Source: Antedon mediterranea (Eukaryota; Animalia; Echinodermata). From it: a DNA stretch of 64,000 nt. This document shows, one piece after another, positions 12,401 through 27,400 of the stretch. Where the stretch lies: NCBI RefSeq assembly GCF_964355755.1, contig NC_092674.1, positions 6,510,001 to 6,574,000 on the forward strand, given 5' to 3'. Each line of letters starts with the position of its first letter. Positions within the stretch are counted from its first letter, which is position 1. The notes beneath the pieces are model-generated. The model made no database searches. It was not told the origin of the DNA and saw only the letters and a program-made list of their open reading frames with translations. The translations under genes and the position numbers were made by a program.

Positions 12401-15400
12401 GAATCCTTTATTTGGGAAAATCCTAAAATTCCTACCCCTATAAGGAGACACTTTCTTATAAAACCTCTGACCAACCCCTTTTCAGGGGACACCTCATTAT
12501 AAGAACACTTGTGTCCCAAAGGTGTCCCCTTAATAGGGTTCTACTGATATTATCATACACAAATTATTCAAATAGAGATGCAAGCCAAGATGCTGAGTTA
12601 TACACTCAATAAACTAAAATAATATGTGTATTTTGGGAGTATGTCTGTGTATGTAGGTACAGTAATGGGAAAGTTAACAATATACAGCACTTAATTCTAA
12701 GTTTGAAAACTGTAATCTCAATCTCTTACTTGTAATAGTTATTTAACTTATTCATGTAGATGAGACCCAAGTTGACGTGAGCAGCGGCCATGTTGCGATC
12801 CAACTTCAGTACACTCTCAAAGTCAGTCATCGCATCTTCACATCTGAAATAAGATTGGAATTTCTTATGCTTTATATTTCAATAAATTATTTCAATAAAA
12901 AAAAACTTCTGCTATAAGGTCATCCCAACAATCTTGACCAAAAAACAACTATTTTTATTATTATTATTTTTTTATGACAGTTTGGAGACAAGTTGTCTGG
13001 AGAAGCCAAGTAGCCACATAGCTGTTAAGGCTAGTAACTGATAAAGCAGTCTCTCCCTTAAATAATCACAGACAAACATATACAAGATGTTCTACACAAA
13101 TATATTTTTAGTAGTTGAGTTGTTTTGTCTCAAAATGTTGCCATTTGACAGGATTTGGACTTAGGACCCTGGGATTGGTAGCCGAGCATCTAAACCATCA
13201 AGCTACAACTCCATTCTCTATCACCGTCAATATTACCACTACACACATCTGGAGGATAACTCCACTTACCTGTTAAGTTCCATGTACAGGATTCCTCTAT
13301 GCATGTAGGCCATGATGTTGTCAGCAGAATCATCCAGAAGAAGAGATACGCTCAGATCATTCAATGCTTTCATTGGAAGACATCTAAAACAAAAATGAAT
13401 ATTTGTTACAACAGAGACCTCTCTTTCTTTCTTTTTCCTTTCACATAAAGTTTGATAGTGTAGACATAACTTTATTAGCACTATGGAGTTTCTGTCTACA
13501 CTCTCAAACTTTATGTGACAAAAAAAAGGTGATGTGCCCATATATGGACATGATGATGTCATATCACTACCATATTCGGACACACTTTTTTTGTCAAACT
13601 AATTTGATAGTGTAGACAGAGCTTTAGTTTCATTTGAAGTTAAATGAGAGTAGTAGAAACAGTGGTGAGTTACAACTAAGTCAGGATTAAACCCTGTACC
13701 TTGAAATTCGAAGGCAAACATGTTAACTACCAAGCTACAGCTTCACTACAATACAATCACTTGCCTTCTAAGAATACACCCTCTATAGAAGAATGGAGCA
13801 CTGCACTGGGGATCTAGATGGATCGCTGCGGACAGGTCTTCTACAGCGTTGCTGAACCTGCCTTGCTTAGCGTAGGCCCGCCCTCTATACAACCTTGCTA
13901 GAGCACTATTAGGCTCCTGTGCTAACATGTCGGTAAAATCTTTAATAGCTGCCATCCAATTTCTATAAACAAAAAATGTCACAGTACAATAATATAAGAT
14001 AAGATTACAAAAATCAGTAGTACAACAGATTAAACATAAATGATAATACAATATAAATATGGTTTTAAAATTTCAGCAACATAACAAAATAAAATACTAC
14101 ATTTTGTTATAATAATTATATCCAAATTTGGTGCGGCAACATTTTTAAAAATTATACATTTTTGGTATCTTTAATTTTTTTTAAAGCCAACAAACTTCAC
14201 CAACATTTCATAACACGAACTCTTGTATAAAGCTCTGTCTACGCAAAATGTGATGTGGCCTTACATAGACATGATGATGTCATATCACTACCATATTTGG
14301 GCATATCAAACTTTTTTAGACAGAGCTTAAACTAAACTAGCCTTACTTGTTGACATTAAACTGGTATTCTCCACGTTTTAAGACCGCATCCGTCTTTGAA
14401 GGCATCAATCGACTGACTTCCCGATAGTCTTCTAGTGCTAACAACATATCACCTCTCTGAAGGGGATGGAATAGATGATAAATAACATTCTACTTCATAG
14501 ATGTATCAACTGTACAACTAGAGTTTCAACTCTAATATAATAACAGTTAAAAAGGAAAGAGATATCATCCAACCAAAATAACTGTACTCTATTTCTATGT
14601 TCTGACTTTTGGTTTGATAAGGTTTTCAATTTCATAATGTTTTAAATAACTTTATATTAATTAATATTAATATGGCAGCCATTTTGAAGAGTTCTTACTT
14701 GTTGTTGCTAAGACTCACTAAATATAATACTTCTACAGACATAAATTGTCATGGTAGTTTTGGAATTTAAATTTAATTTAATAATTGTGTGTTGAGCTAG
14801 GCCCTACAAACCTGTTCATACATCTGAGCCCTCTTGTAGTAGGCTTCATGGTCATCAGGGTCCAGCTTAATAGTCTGACTAAAGTTCATAATGGCCATCG
14901 TCAATTCACCCATCTCGCAAAATATCTCAGCTCTGAAAAAAAAAGTAATTGTTTCAGTGACGTAATGCACAGGGGGCAGAGGCTCCTGGTTCAGCACTCC
15001 AACGCTGGGTAGTTGCACTGAACTGATCATGCTCATAGCTGTTAGCCACTGGATTGTTTCCATTAATCTCTATGATCATTTTTATGCATGTTGTGTTGAG
15101 AAGCGGTACAGATAAAAGTTATTTAAACTCGGTCTCGACCATTAAAAGACTTTAAAATGTGCTATACCTTGATTTGTATGCTCCAATGTGGTCTTTGTTC
15201 ATCTTTAAGATGATGTTTAGATCTTCCAGAGCTTTGGTTGGCTTCTTTCTCAGTAGGTAAAGAAGGTGACGATGCCAGTAAGCGTCCATTAGCTGTGGTT
15301 CAAGCTCAATAGCTTGGTTCAAATCCTGCCATGATAGTTTTAGGTCACCAAGCTGAAAATGCAAAAAATGATAATATAGGCAACTTTCTTAAGCTCTGTC

Positions 15401-18400
15401 TACACTATCAAAGTAGTTGGACAAAAACATGTAATGTGCCCTATATGACACTATATCACTACAATATTTGGGCATATCACTACCATATTTGGGCATATCA
15501 CACTTTTTTTGTCAAACTAGTTTGATAGTGTAGACAGAGCTTAGCAAAACACCAACATAACTGGAATTCAGAGGTTTTTGGAAGTTCTGCGACTTCTTCA
15601 TGAATGAGATAATTATCTACCTTTCTGTAAATGGCTCCTCTTCTACAGAGATCAAATGGTGATGGATTGTCTGCCATATCAATGATCTCACAGAGTCTCT
15701 GAGCTTCCTCCATCAAGTCTTCTATAGCAACAGCATCTATATCTGGTAAGGGATTGATGGTATCAACAACATAACTAGAAGCACCACTGGCTATAGATGT
15801 TTTTCTAACAAAATAAAAACAAAATAAATAAATGAAAGCACTGAAGTAATCATTGAAGTGATTTTCTTGAATTTCAATATGCATGTTCTGTAGTATAAGT
15901 ATATACTTATTTACACCAAAATATTCAGAATTATAACTTGAAATGTGTAGGTGCTATCGTGCTAACAAACAAAATAAACTATACTCTGCAAAATTATATT
16001 TTGCATGTAAAATATCTACATGAATTGATGTAGATTTTTCTAACATACTTTCACATAAGTTTCACAAATTTAAAAAATAAATTCATTTGGACTCAAAAAC
16101 TTACTTATTGATATCTGGTTCTTTGGTATCAACACTGGAGAAGGTTGATTCTTCATCACTGTCAACTTCTGTTGGTGGAAACACCTCATCGAACCAGTCA
16201 TTCCAAATGTCTCTAGCCCATTCTCGTACATCAACATCAGGGCTATAAAGAAAAACAAAATGATAATATATATTTACTTCTGTGTTGAACTGTATTCTTT
16301 ACTTGGAAGGCTTAAAAAAAAACAAATTAAGAGGACACCTTTTATGCTCATTGTTGTTTGTTTCATGGCAAAGTGTCTCTTTATTAACAAAAACAAAATG
16401 ATAATACATTTTTAGAGGACACCTTCCGGAGTCAATAAAATGTTATATCTTACCCAGCTTTGTTGTTCACCATATACTCATCGAAATTCAAGCCGCTGGG
16501 AAGACTATTTCTTCTCTGGGATTTAACAGACCTAGAAATAGAAATGGGTTTAATAAATATATTTGAAATAAAAGTAAAAAATGTATCAATTTGGTATAAA
16601 AATATAAAAAAAACAAACATCTTTCCACATATTATTAAGTCCAAATTAATTTAGAGATCAGTGGCCGTATTTACCAATCACACTTAAGTGAGATATTTCC
16701 CTTGAATATAAAGATTTCACTTAAGTCAATAAATAAGTATTTCCCTTAAATTGTATTCAATAGGAGATTTTTTTAATTTTAAGGGTAAGTGTTTCCCTTA
16801 GCCTAAATGTGAATGATGAATACGGCCACTGGCTTACGGCAGTGTTGGTACAGTACTTACGGAGGAACTCTGAACTCGTACTCTAGCGGAAACTTGAACA
16901 TTGGAATGCTTTCTGACCTATATAATAGAATCATATTAATATTATATAAAACTGTCGTATAAACAGATTTATTTCTTTGTTTTGCTATAATTATGAAGAA
17001 TGTAGAGTGCATACAAAGAAACCTACCGATGTAATTGTGTTGGATACTGATTTAAAAACCTTTGAATATCTTCAAGTCGTTTCTGTGAAAAAAAATCAAA
17101 TTGAAATTGATAAAGTATACTGTACTTTAAAAATCGGTGCATTTAGCTACTATAGTAACTGTACATTGTAATGATGTTCATCAGAAAGGGAGTGCAAGAT
17201 CATCAAAGCGTAAAAAATGACCTTGATGGAAGAGAAGTACAGTATGTGAATCAGTGTACTTACAGGATCAACTATTTTCTTGGCCTTCTTTCTGTAAAAC
17301 AAAATGGTTTTAAACTCTATCATTATAAATAGTTTAGGAATAATTGTTATCACTTAATACTAGTGAGTTCAACAGTAATTTCTAATCTTTGGGACCATCA
17401 GACAAATCGTTAAATTCAAGCAAGCTATGATAAAAATATTATATGATTTTTATCTAACCTTTTTGGATAAAGAATGTACTTCAAACCTGCTGCTCTTGCT
17501 TGTTGTGCAGGAGTTTCCTCTGAAACTAAAACACGAATTATTTTCGTCTGCTACATTTATAGTCAGCATACAATATGTATTTATCAATTAGTTTGGAAGT
17601 TTGAAAGTGTGCATGGCTAGGAAATGTTTAATAGCCTCATTAATACAGATGTCATATTTCATGAATATCAAAATACAGGTAGGTATGGAAAAGAAGACTA
17701 ATGACAGGACTGTGTTAACCAATAAGATATTGTTTTGATACCTTTAATTGAGGTCTGTAACACATCTTCTGAAACAGATTCTATTCTACTGCTATCAAGC
17801 ATCTGAAATTTAAAAACAAAAATTTGTCTACAGCAATGATATGAGTTGTATATATACAGTATGTTTATTAGAAAAAATTGGAAATTTTATTCTGTGCCAA
17901 AATGTTTAAATGGACAAACTAACTCTCTACCCTTTTTAAACCTACCATTACAATACTTCTTCAATCTCTAATCTTCCCCCAAGTACAGTAGAACACACAG
18001 CACAGCTTTATATGAGGACAGGAATCTTGTGAAACTAACAAGAGGTTAATGTTTTAACACATACAGTATCTATTCAGGGGACACACCTATATGAGGACAG
18101 GAATCTTGTGAAACTAACAAGAGGTTTATGTTTTAACACATACAGTCTCTATTCAGGGGACACACCTATATGAGGACAGGAATCTTGTGAAACTAACAAG
18201 AGGTTAATGTTTTAACACATACAGTCTCTATTCAGGGGACACACCTATATGAGGACAGGAATCTTGTGAAACTAACAAGAGGTTTATGTTTTAACACATA
18301 CAGTATCTATTCAGGGGACACACCTATTCAGGGGACACCCTTATATGAGGACAGTTTCTCCTTGTGAAACCAACAAGAAATTTATGTTTTAACACATACA

Positions 18401-21400
18401 GTCTCTATTCAGGGGACACACCTATATGAGGACAGGAATCTTGTCAAACTAACAAGAGGTTAATGTTTTAACACATACAGTCTCTATTCAGGGGACACAC
18501 CTATATGAGGACAGGAATCTTGTCAAACTAACAAGAGGTTAATGTTTTACCACATACAGTCTCTATTCAGGGGACACACCTATATGAGGACAGGAATCTT
18601 GTCAAACTAACAAGAAATTTATGTTTTAACACATACAGTCTCTATTCAGGGGACACACCTATTCAGGGGACACCCTTATATGAGGACAGTTTCTCCTTGT
18701 GAAACCAACAAGAAATTTATGTTTTAACACATACAGTCTCTATTCAGGGGACACACCTATTCAGGGGACACCCTTATATGAGGGCAGTTTCTCCTTGTGA
18801 AACAAGAGGTTAATGTTTTAACACATACAGTCTCTATTCAGGGGACACACCTATTCAGGGGACACCCTTATATGAGGACAGTTTCTCCTTGTGAAACAAA
18901 CAAGAAATTTATGTTTTAACACATACAGTCTCTATTCAGGGGACACACCTATATGAGGACAGGAATCTTGTGAAACTAACAAGAGGTTAATGTTTTAACA
19001 CATACAGTCTCTATTCAGGGGACACACCTATTCAGGGGACACCCTTATATGAGGACAGTTTCTCTTCATGAAACAAACAAGAGGTTAATGTTTTAACACA
19101 TACAGTCTCTATTCAGGGGACACACCTATTCAGGGGACACCCTTATATGAGGGCAGTTTCTCTTCATGAAACAAACAAGAGGTTAATGTTTTAACACATA
19201 CAGTCTCTATTCAGGGGACACACCTATTCAGGGGACACCCTTATATGAGGGCAGTTTCTCTTCATGAAACAAACAAGAGGTTAATGTTTTAACACATACA
19301 GTCTCTATTCAGGGGACACACCTATTCAGGGGACACCCTTATATGAGGGCAGTTTCTCCTTGTGAAACAAGAGGTTAATGTTTTAACACATACAGTCTCT
19401 ATTCAGGGGACACACCTATTCAGGGGACACCCTTATATGAGGACAGTTTCTCCTTGTGAAACAAACAAGAAATTTATGTTTTAACACATACAGTCTCTAT
19501 TCAGGGGACACACCTATATGAGGACAGGAATCTTGTGAAACTAACAAGAGGTTAATGTTTTAACACATACAGTCTCTATTCAGGGGACACACCTATTCAG
19601 GGGACACCCTTATATGAGGACAGTTTCTCTTCATGAAACAAACAAGAGGTTAATAATTTAACACATACAGTCTCTATTCAGGGGACACACCTATTCAGGG
19701 GACACCCTTATATGAGGGCAGTTTCTCTTCATGAAACAAACAAGAGGTTAATGTTTTAACACATACAGTCTCTATTCAGGGGACACACCTATTCAGGGGA
19801 CACCCTTATATGAGGGCAGTTTCTCTTCATGAAACAAACAAGAGGTTAATGTTTTAACACATACAGTCTCTATTCAGGGGACACACCTATTCAGGGGACA
19901 CCCTTATATGAGGCCAGTTTCTCCTTGTGAAACAAACAAGAAATTTATGTTTTAACACATACAGCACAGCCTCTATTCAGGGGACACACCTATATAGGAC
20001 ATACCTATTCTGGAGATCACCTATATGAAGACATTTTCTTGTGAAACAACAAGAGGTTTATGTTTTAACACATCAGCTTCTATTCAGGGGACACCCATCC
20101 AAAAGAAACTCAACTGTGTTCAGTAACTTACAGATTCTCGCTCAATATCATCAATAGATATATTATCATGCTCAAAGCCTGCCTTCTTAGTCTCGTCTAT
20201 CTGCTGTTTTTGGTATTCCATTTCTTTCATACATGTCTCAAAATCGGTTGGAACAGCGATACTCATCTCATCTGTTAAATCTGGAGCTGAATTTGATCTT
20301 CTGTCATTGATAAAAAAAAAAATTTTTAAATAAATTTCAAAAAATCTATTAAAGATGTATTATCAACCAAAAACATGAAAAAATGAAGAATAATATAATC
20401 AGATTCTGAATAGGCCATTTTGTAGTTTTATGTTAATCCCTTCTTATGAAAAAAACAAACAAGTTTTCACTTAAAAAATGACAAACAAATAGTGAAATTC
20501 AACCAGTTATTACAGTTTTTCAGGTAAATAATTCAATCCAATTTTTGGTGAAAGTGAATAACTATTTATGGAACAATACATCTTTAAAGGGACATAATCT
20601 TTGGGGAGTAGGAGTATACAAAAGGTATGCAATGAATAATGAAAGCCCTGTGGCCATTTTAGTTGGTTACAATATTTGAAAAGAACAGTTTTGTAATATT
20701 TAAAGAGTAATCTACCACTGAACACTATGTGTGTATAAATAACATTTGAAAATATACTAGTATTGAATATTTTCCATGTTTAGAAAGTGTAACACTGTAT
20801 TGCACTTTTATATTGAACAAGGCTGGATCATTTGATTGGTCACTACTTCCTAGATCCTAGATACAGTAGTCGCATAAATTGTAGGTTAGGTTGCACTCTA
20901 AAACTGTACTAAAAAGTGCATTCCAATTACAAATATAACATGTATTTGGGCCAATAGATAGCTTGTTTGCATGTGGATTAATATAAAAAAATATGCGCAA
21001 GATAAATATTCCCTATTTCCATCCCCTAAATATTTAGTACTTGGTTTTGCATTTTGTGTTTATATATTAGACTCAATGGTACTTACAGCCTACTTAGTTT
21101 ACAACTAGCTGCACTTTTGAACAATTTGTATAAACAAGGCTGCAACCTTTTGAAAAATTAATATTTTAAAGTAACCATCAACCAGTGGTCCATATGGTGC
21201 AACAGCGGTGATAGCTCAAGGTAAGGCATATGTTTTCTCTTCCAAAAATTGTTAAATTACTTGCTTAACAAACATTTTAGTTTAAAACAAGGTTTTTTAA
21301 AAGCATTTTTCAGACAGTATACAATTTTGGGAACTTAAGATTTGTTGCATTATAAATAGTTTATTAGTATTATGTGGACAGAGGAAAGGACATCAACATG

Positions 21401-24400
21401 TGATTCTTAAGCTTTGTTCCCACAAGGATGAAACATAAGGATGTTAGCACAAAATGAGTAATTTGACCTACTGTATCTTACGTCCTTGCATTCATAGTGT
21501 GGGAACCAAGCTTTAGGAGAAGCATGTACACTAGTGTACTACATCCACAGAGCATGAGTAGTAACAATTGTTGGAAGGTTGCTATACAAATACACTTTAT
21601 CAATAATAATATTCTTTCATATTAAGTGGTAAAGAAGTGGTAAAACATGGATGTTGCCAAGGAAACGGCGTTCCTCCTTAAAGGCATACAGCATCTAGAT
21701 TCCACCAATGTACTGCCATCAAAGTTATCTCTTTCTAAAAATGCATTTCCTCTGGTAAAAAGTAAACAAGGAAAGATTCTAGCTGCAGCTACAGAATACC
21801 AGCAAGGTAGAGTTGCCTGCATCGGTCATGAACACCTAGTTAACAAGACAAGCAATGTGGATGACTTCCCTCGATTCCTCTGTAACATCTTCAACTGGCT
21901 TTCCAAAAAGAAGAAAACTCCCAGAATTGGACTTTTAGTCTCAAGTGGATATCAAGGATTGGAGGAAATCCTTCTGGATGAAGATTTCATCCTTACATAC
22001 TCGACTCCTGATAAACTGGGAACTGTGGACGTCATCTTTGCCAACTGCTATTCAAACTTCGTAGAGCAGGAGTTTGAATTGCTGAATCGATTTGTTGTTG
22101 CTGGCGGTGGTCTGCTAGTTGCTGGTGAAAACTGGTACACAAGATCCATTCATGCTAATGATATTCTAATAGATTGTGGAATCAGTATCACTAATGAGCA
22201 AGCCGGTGGCAATCAAGATTACCAACCTCACTCATGGTCCGATCAAACACCAGTCAAGGTAGGCATAATATCTTCTTTCTTTACATTATAATTATAGTGT
22301 GAAATTACAATTCTTTTTGTGTTCTGTTTCAAATGACAAAACAGTATATGTTAAAAATATAGAAAAATATTATCATTGTGACCTTGACATACACATTTCT
22401 AATGAACATTGATAATTTTGGTTGGGTCTATAGACTCCATTTTTGGTCTTTGTGAAAAGTTTAATTAGTAGCTCTCTGGAGTGGAACCTCTACAAATATG
22501 GTAAAGCAGATAATCAAACATATATGGTATTGATCCTAAATACATATTCTTATTCTTATCTATACTGTTTATTTGCTTTCATTTTAAGTGGGCTCATGGA
22601 AAAGTTCTTTTCTGTTACAAAAATAAGATATTAGTGTTAAAAAGGTCAACAGAAAAAAAAATTGAATCATAAGTTTCTCATTCACGTTTTTTTAGTACAA
22701 CCATGTATTGGATCCAATAAAAGCAAACGATTTCCTTTGGAAAGATATTGAAAAGTTAGACACAGAAAACGTACAACCATCAAAAATCAAAATATCTGGA
22801 GATGCGTTTGCTGTGATCACCACCAGAGAGAAAGACATCATAGCTGCAGCTACTCCATATGGTGATGGCAGAATCGTGGTCTTAGGTCATGAAGACTTTG
22901 CTGCCACGCAAGGAAAGAATGACTTCCCTTCGTTTATGATCAACATCTTCAGATGGATGACTCCGAGCGCAGACATCAGCAGACCTGTAAGAGTTGGGAT
23001 GTTGGTTCCAGGGTTTGACCTACTCTACCACAATCTTCAATATTATAAGTATGAAGTTGGCTTGATTGCGGTTGAAAACTTACGGAATGTTGATATTGTA
23101 TTCTGCGATTGTTTCACCAAGTTCACAGAGTTTCAACTGGCTATGATTGAAAAGTTCTTGTCTGCTGGTGGAGGAATGGTTGTAGTAGGACACAATTGGT
23201 TCTACAAAGTTGACCATGCCAACCTTGTTCTGTTCGACTGTGGTATTGAGATAACCACTACAATGGCAGGTGGTAATCAGAGTTTTACGCCAGAGAACAA
23301 TGCTTTCAAAGGAAAAGATATGGTAAGATTAGTGTTTACAGAAATCATTCTGTAAAATCTAAATAAAATTTTCAAAAAATAATGTAACTTAGTTAAAATG
23401 TTATTATGAATGAAACAAAATACTGCTGTACCAGTTAGCAGCACTATGGGACTAAGAAAAGACTAAATAATATTGTAAAACAATGATGACAATTTTATTT
23501 TTTAAACTTTCATAATATACTGTAATTGTTAAATTTCCTTTTTTTTATTTTAGATTCAAAATCAAATTAATGAAACAGAAGCAAGAGATTATATCATGGA
23601 AAATGTCAAATACTTGAACCTTAGCAACAACGAACCATCAAAATTGGAGCTAGTGAGTCCGGCAGTTCCAATCTTAGAGAGCAAACAAGGGCAACCAATA
23701 ATTGCTACGTCTATATGCGGTGATGGCAAAATTGTAGCAGTTGGACATGCCTCCTATGTCAACAAAAATTCAGCCGAGGATGATTTTCCTGTTCTTGTCA
23801 AAAACATAATCAAATGGCTTTGTCGTGGAGTGAAAAGAGATGAAATCTACATTGGTTTGTTAGTATCAGATGGTTACAGAGAACTGGAAGTAAACCTTAA
23901 AGAAGCTGGACTGCATGTTATTGATGTGACTGTGGATAAACTTCAAGTGACTGATGTATTATTCGCAGACACCAAGAAGAGGTTTGGTGAAGATGACCTT
24001 ATGAAAATCTTCAACTTTGTCAGCAGTGGAGGAGGGCTACTGGTTGCTGGAGATAATTGGTATGAAGAGAGCAACTACTGTAATAACATCCTATTTGGAT
24101 GTGGTATTAAGATCACTAATGAGTATGGAGGAAGTGAGGCTAGGGTCTACAATGTTCAGCCAACAAGAACACCAAGCAAGGTGAATAAATATTATTTTAA
24201 TTTTTATTTTTCTAATGTGTTCACAAAAATGATATTAGCTTTCGATTTGCAATGACCGAGGACCGACAACCAACCTAGGTCAGGTCAATCGATGTGTCCT
24301 GGAAATCATAAAACATTTTTTAAAATATATTATTTTTTATACAGGCAGAAATCGAAAATACATATGTAGCTCATACGAATGCACTTCTACGAGGTGTAAG

Positions 24401-27400
24401 CCGACTGAATGGTGAAGGCTCTATTGCATCTGTTCTGGAACTACAAGAGAATGCGTTCCCAATAATAAAACACAATGGTGATGTTATCATCGCTGCATCC
24501 ATAAAGGGGAAAGGAAGAGTTATAGTAATGGCTCATGAATCTTACATCAACAGGAAGGTTAACCAGGATGACTTTCCTCAACTGATCACCAACATGCTAA
24601 AGTGGGCTTCCGGTAAATCCAATGACTACAAAGTTGGTCTTCTGATTTCAAATTACTATAAAGGTTTGAAGGCATTTCTGAAAGCAGAAGGCATTAACTA
24701 CATTGACATCAACACAGATGAACTGGATAGTGTCAATGTTGTCTTTGCCGACTGCTATACCAAATTTTCAGAAGTAGCACTTGCAAGAATACACTCGTTT
24801 GTGCAGGGAGGATCAGGACTGATAGTTGCTGGGAACAACTGGTATACCAAGAGCACTTACGCAAATAATATACTATTTGGCTGTTTCATAATGATATCCC
24901 AGAAGTGTGGAGGGTCAGTGAACTGGATAAAACCACAGACATCAGACACTGTTGATGTAGGTTATCTTTTTTACCCAGAATAATAATAATAATAGTACGA
25001 ATTTGTAACGCGCCAATTCCAGCAGTAAGTGATCAAAGGCGCGGTGTATGAGAGAGCTCCATCTGAAGAAAAACATGAGTTTTCAAGGCAGATTTTAATT
25101 TAAAGATTGGTTTCCAAAAATAAAGTTATGTTCAATTTAAAATTAAAAAAAACATTTTGTAATTTCAGATACCTGTTCTAAGTGAAATAGAAGAGCGAGC
25201 TGGAATACTTAGACATGTAAAGCAAATTTACTCTCGCTCTAAAGTTCCATCTATCTTGAGACTTGCTGGAGACGCATTCTCATTGGTCAATATGGGAAAA
25301 GGCAAATTTGTAGTTGCTGGTTCATCCTATTCTAAAGGAAGGGTAATAGTGTTTGGCCATGATGAATATGTTAGAAGAATAGATAGTGTGGGTGACTTTC
25401 CTACATTGGTGTGCAATGCTATTAAATGGCTAGCTAAGAACAAAGAGAAAATTCAAGTTGGTTTCTTAGTTGAAAAGGGTTATAAAGACCTAACTGTCAA
25501 TCTGGCAACAAACGGTTTTGGAGTGTCTGTTATCACAACAGATGATTTGGAGGAAGTTGATGTTGTGTTTACAGATTGTTATAAGAGATTTACAAAAGAC
25601 CAATTAGTAAGTCTTCATACATTCATGGAGAATGGTTCTGGTATGCTTATTGCTGGTCAAAATTGGGAATACAAGACAGGTTATGCCAACGACATCCTTC
25701 AAGGTTGTGGGATATTTATCACTGACCATTATGGTGGTACCGGTCAACTTTATCTCTCCAACAATCTCAGAAGTGTTGGAGATCTCCTAAAGCAGTCATC
25801 TGATATTCCAAGTTTTCCACTTGATGAGGTAACGGCTAGGAAAGTGCTGTTTAGAGATGTTAGGAATTTAGTTGTAGGTAGCATTCAACCCTCTGTCTTA
25901 GAAGTATCTGATAGAGCATGCTCTCTTGCAGAGACAGAAAATGGTGACATCATCATTGCCGCTTCTACTCTTGGCCAAGGGAAGATAATATGTATTAGCC
26001 ATGAAGCTCTTGTGAAGGAAACCGTCACTTACGATGATTTTCCACTGTTTGTTTTAAACGCATTTCGGTGGTTAACAAATGAAAAGCCAGCACCTAATAT
26101 CGGGTTTCTCGTCTCAAAAGATTACAGAAATCTCGAAAAGCACTTGAGCGAGAACAAATTCAATGTTAGCTTCATGACAACTGACGAAATACACACATCC
26201 GACGCTATTCTGGTTGAGTGTTACACAGAATACAATGAAAGCAGTATAATCAACATTCAGAGCTTTGTAAGAGGTGGTGGAAGTCTCTTAGTAACTGGTC
26301 AGAACTTTCAGTTCAAGACATTATTTGCAAATGATGTGTTACTAGGATGTGGAATTGAAATAACTACCCGATCTGCTGGTAGTAATCAAGTGCTTTTAGG
26401 TACCAGTGAACCAGAAGTATCCCTAGAGAGTAAAAATGCCATCTTTGATAAAGAAATAGTGAAAAGAAAAATCCTGAAATTTGTGAGAAAACTTGATGCG
26501 ACAGGTATAGAACCATCAGAGTTGAAGCTTTCAGGTGAAGCATTTCCTCTTGTGACCAGTCGACAGAATCTTGTAGTTGCTGCTGCCGCCCCACTTGGTA
26601 AAGGACAGATAGTAGTCCTTGGTCATGACGAATTTGTTAAAAAGGTTGGAGAAGGACCAGATGATTTTCCTCTTATGATCAGAAACATATTTGATGAAAT
26701 GATTTTAGATGAAGAGGTTAGAAAAGTTGGTATGCTTGCTTATGTTGACTATGGTATTCTTAAAGGCAATCTTACAGATGCTGAAATGGAAGCAATAGAA
26801 ATAACAACAGATGAATTAAATTCTGTGCAAGCCATCTTTGCCGACTGCTACACAAGGTTCGATGAACAACAGTTGCTAGATATCTATAGCTTTGTTACGA
26901 ATGGTGGTGGACTACTAGTTGCTGGAGAGAACTGGTTCTTTAAACAAGAACATGCTAATGATATCTTGCTTGGTTGCGGAATTAAAATTACAAACAACTT
27001 CGGAGGTGGTGATCAAGTGTATGAACCAGATAATACTGAAGTAGCAGACATGGTATGTAGTTGCAAATACATGATGATTGATGCTATGACTTCTAAAGAT
27101 GCAATTTTAAGGAACGTCACATTGCTTGATGGAAGAGGGTGCGAGCCATCGGAGTTAAAGCTTTCGAAATGTGCATTTCCTTTGGTAAGAAGCAAGCAAG
27201 GCAAAGTGGTTGTTGCAGGTGCACCGTTTGAACGAGGTCAGATTGTGGTGTTTGGTCATGAGTCATTTGTAAAGAAAACTGGAGAAGCTGATGATTTTCC
27301 ACTCCTCTTGCAAAACATCTTCCACTGGATGGTGCGTGGGAAGGATCCTGCTACTATTGGATTACTCTCTTCACAAGGCTACAAAAGTCTTGAGGATAAT

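Noticed and set aside
13135-13213. tRNA genes at SINE heads
   Set aside because: Cloverleaf pairing is broken and several diverged copies are scattered through the window, so they are treated as SINE remnants.
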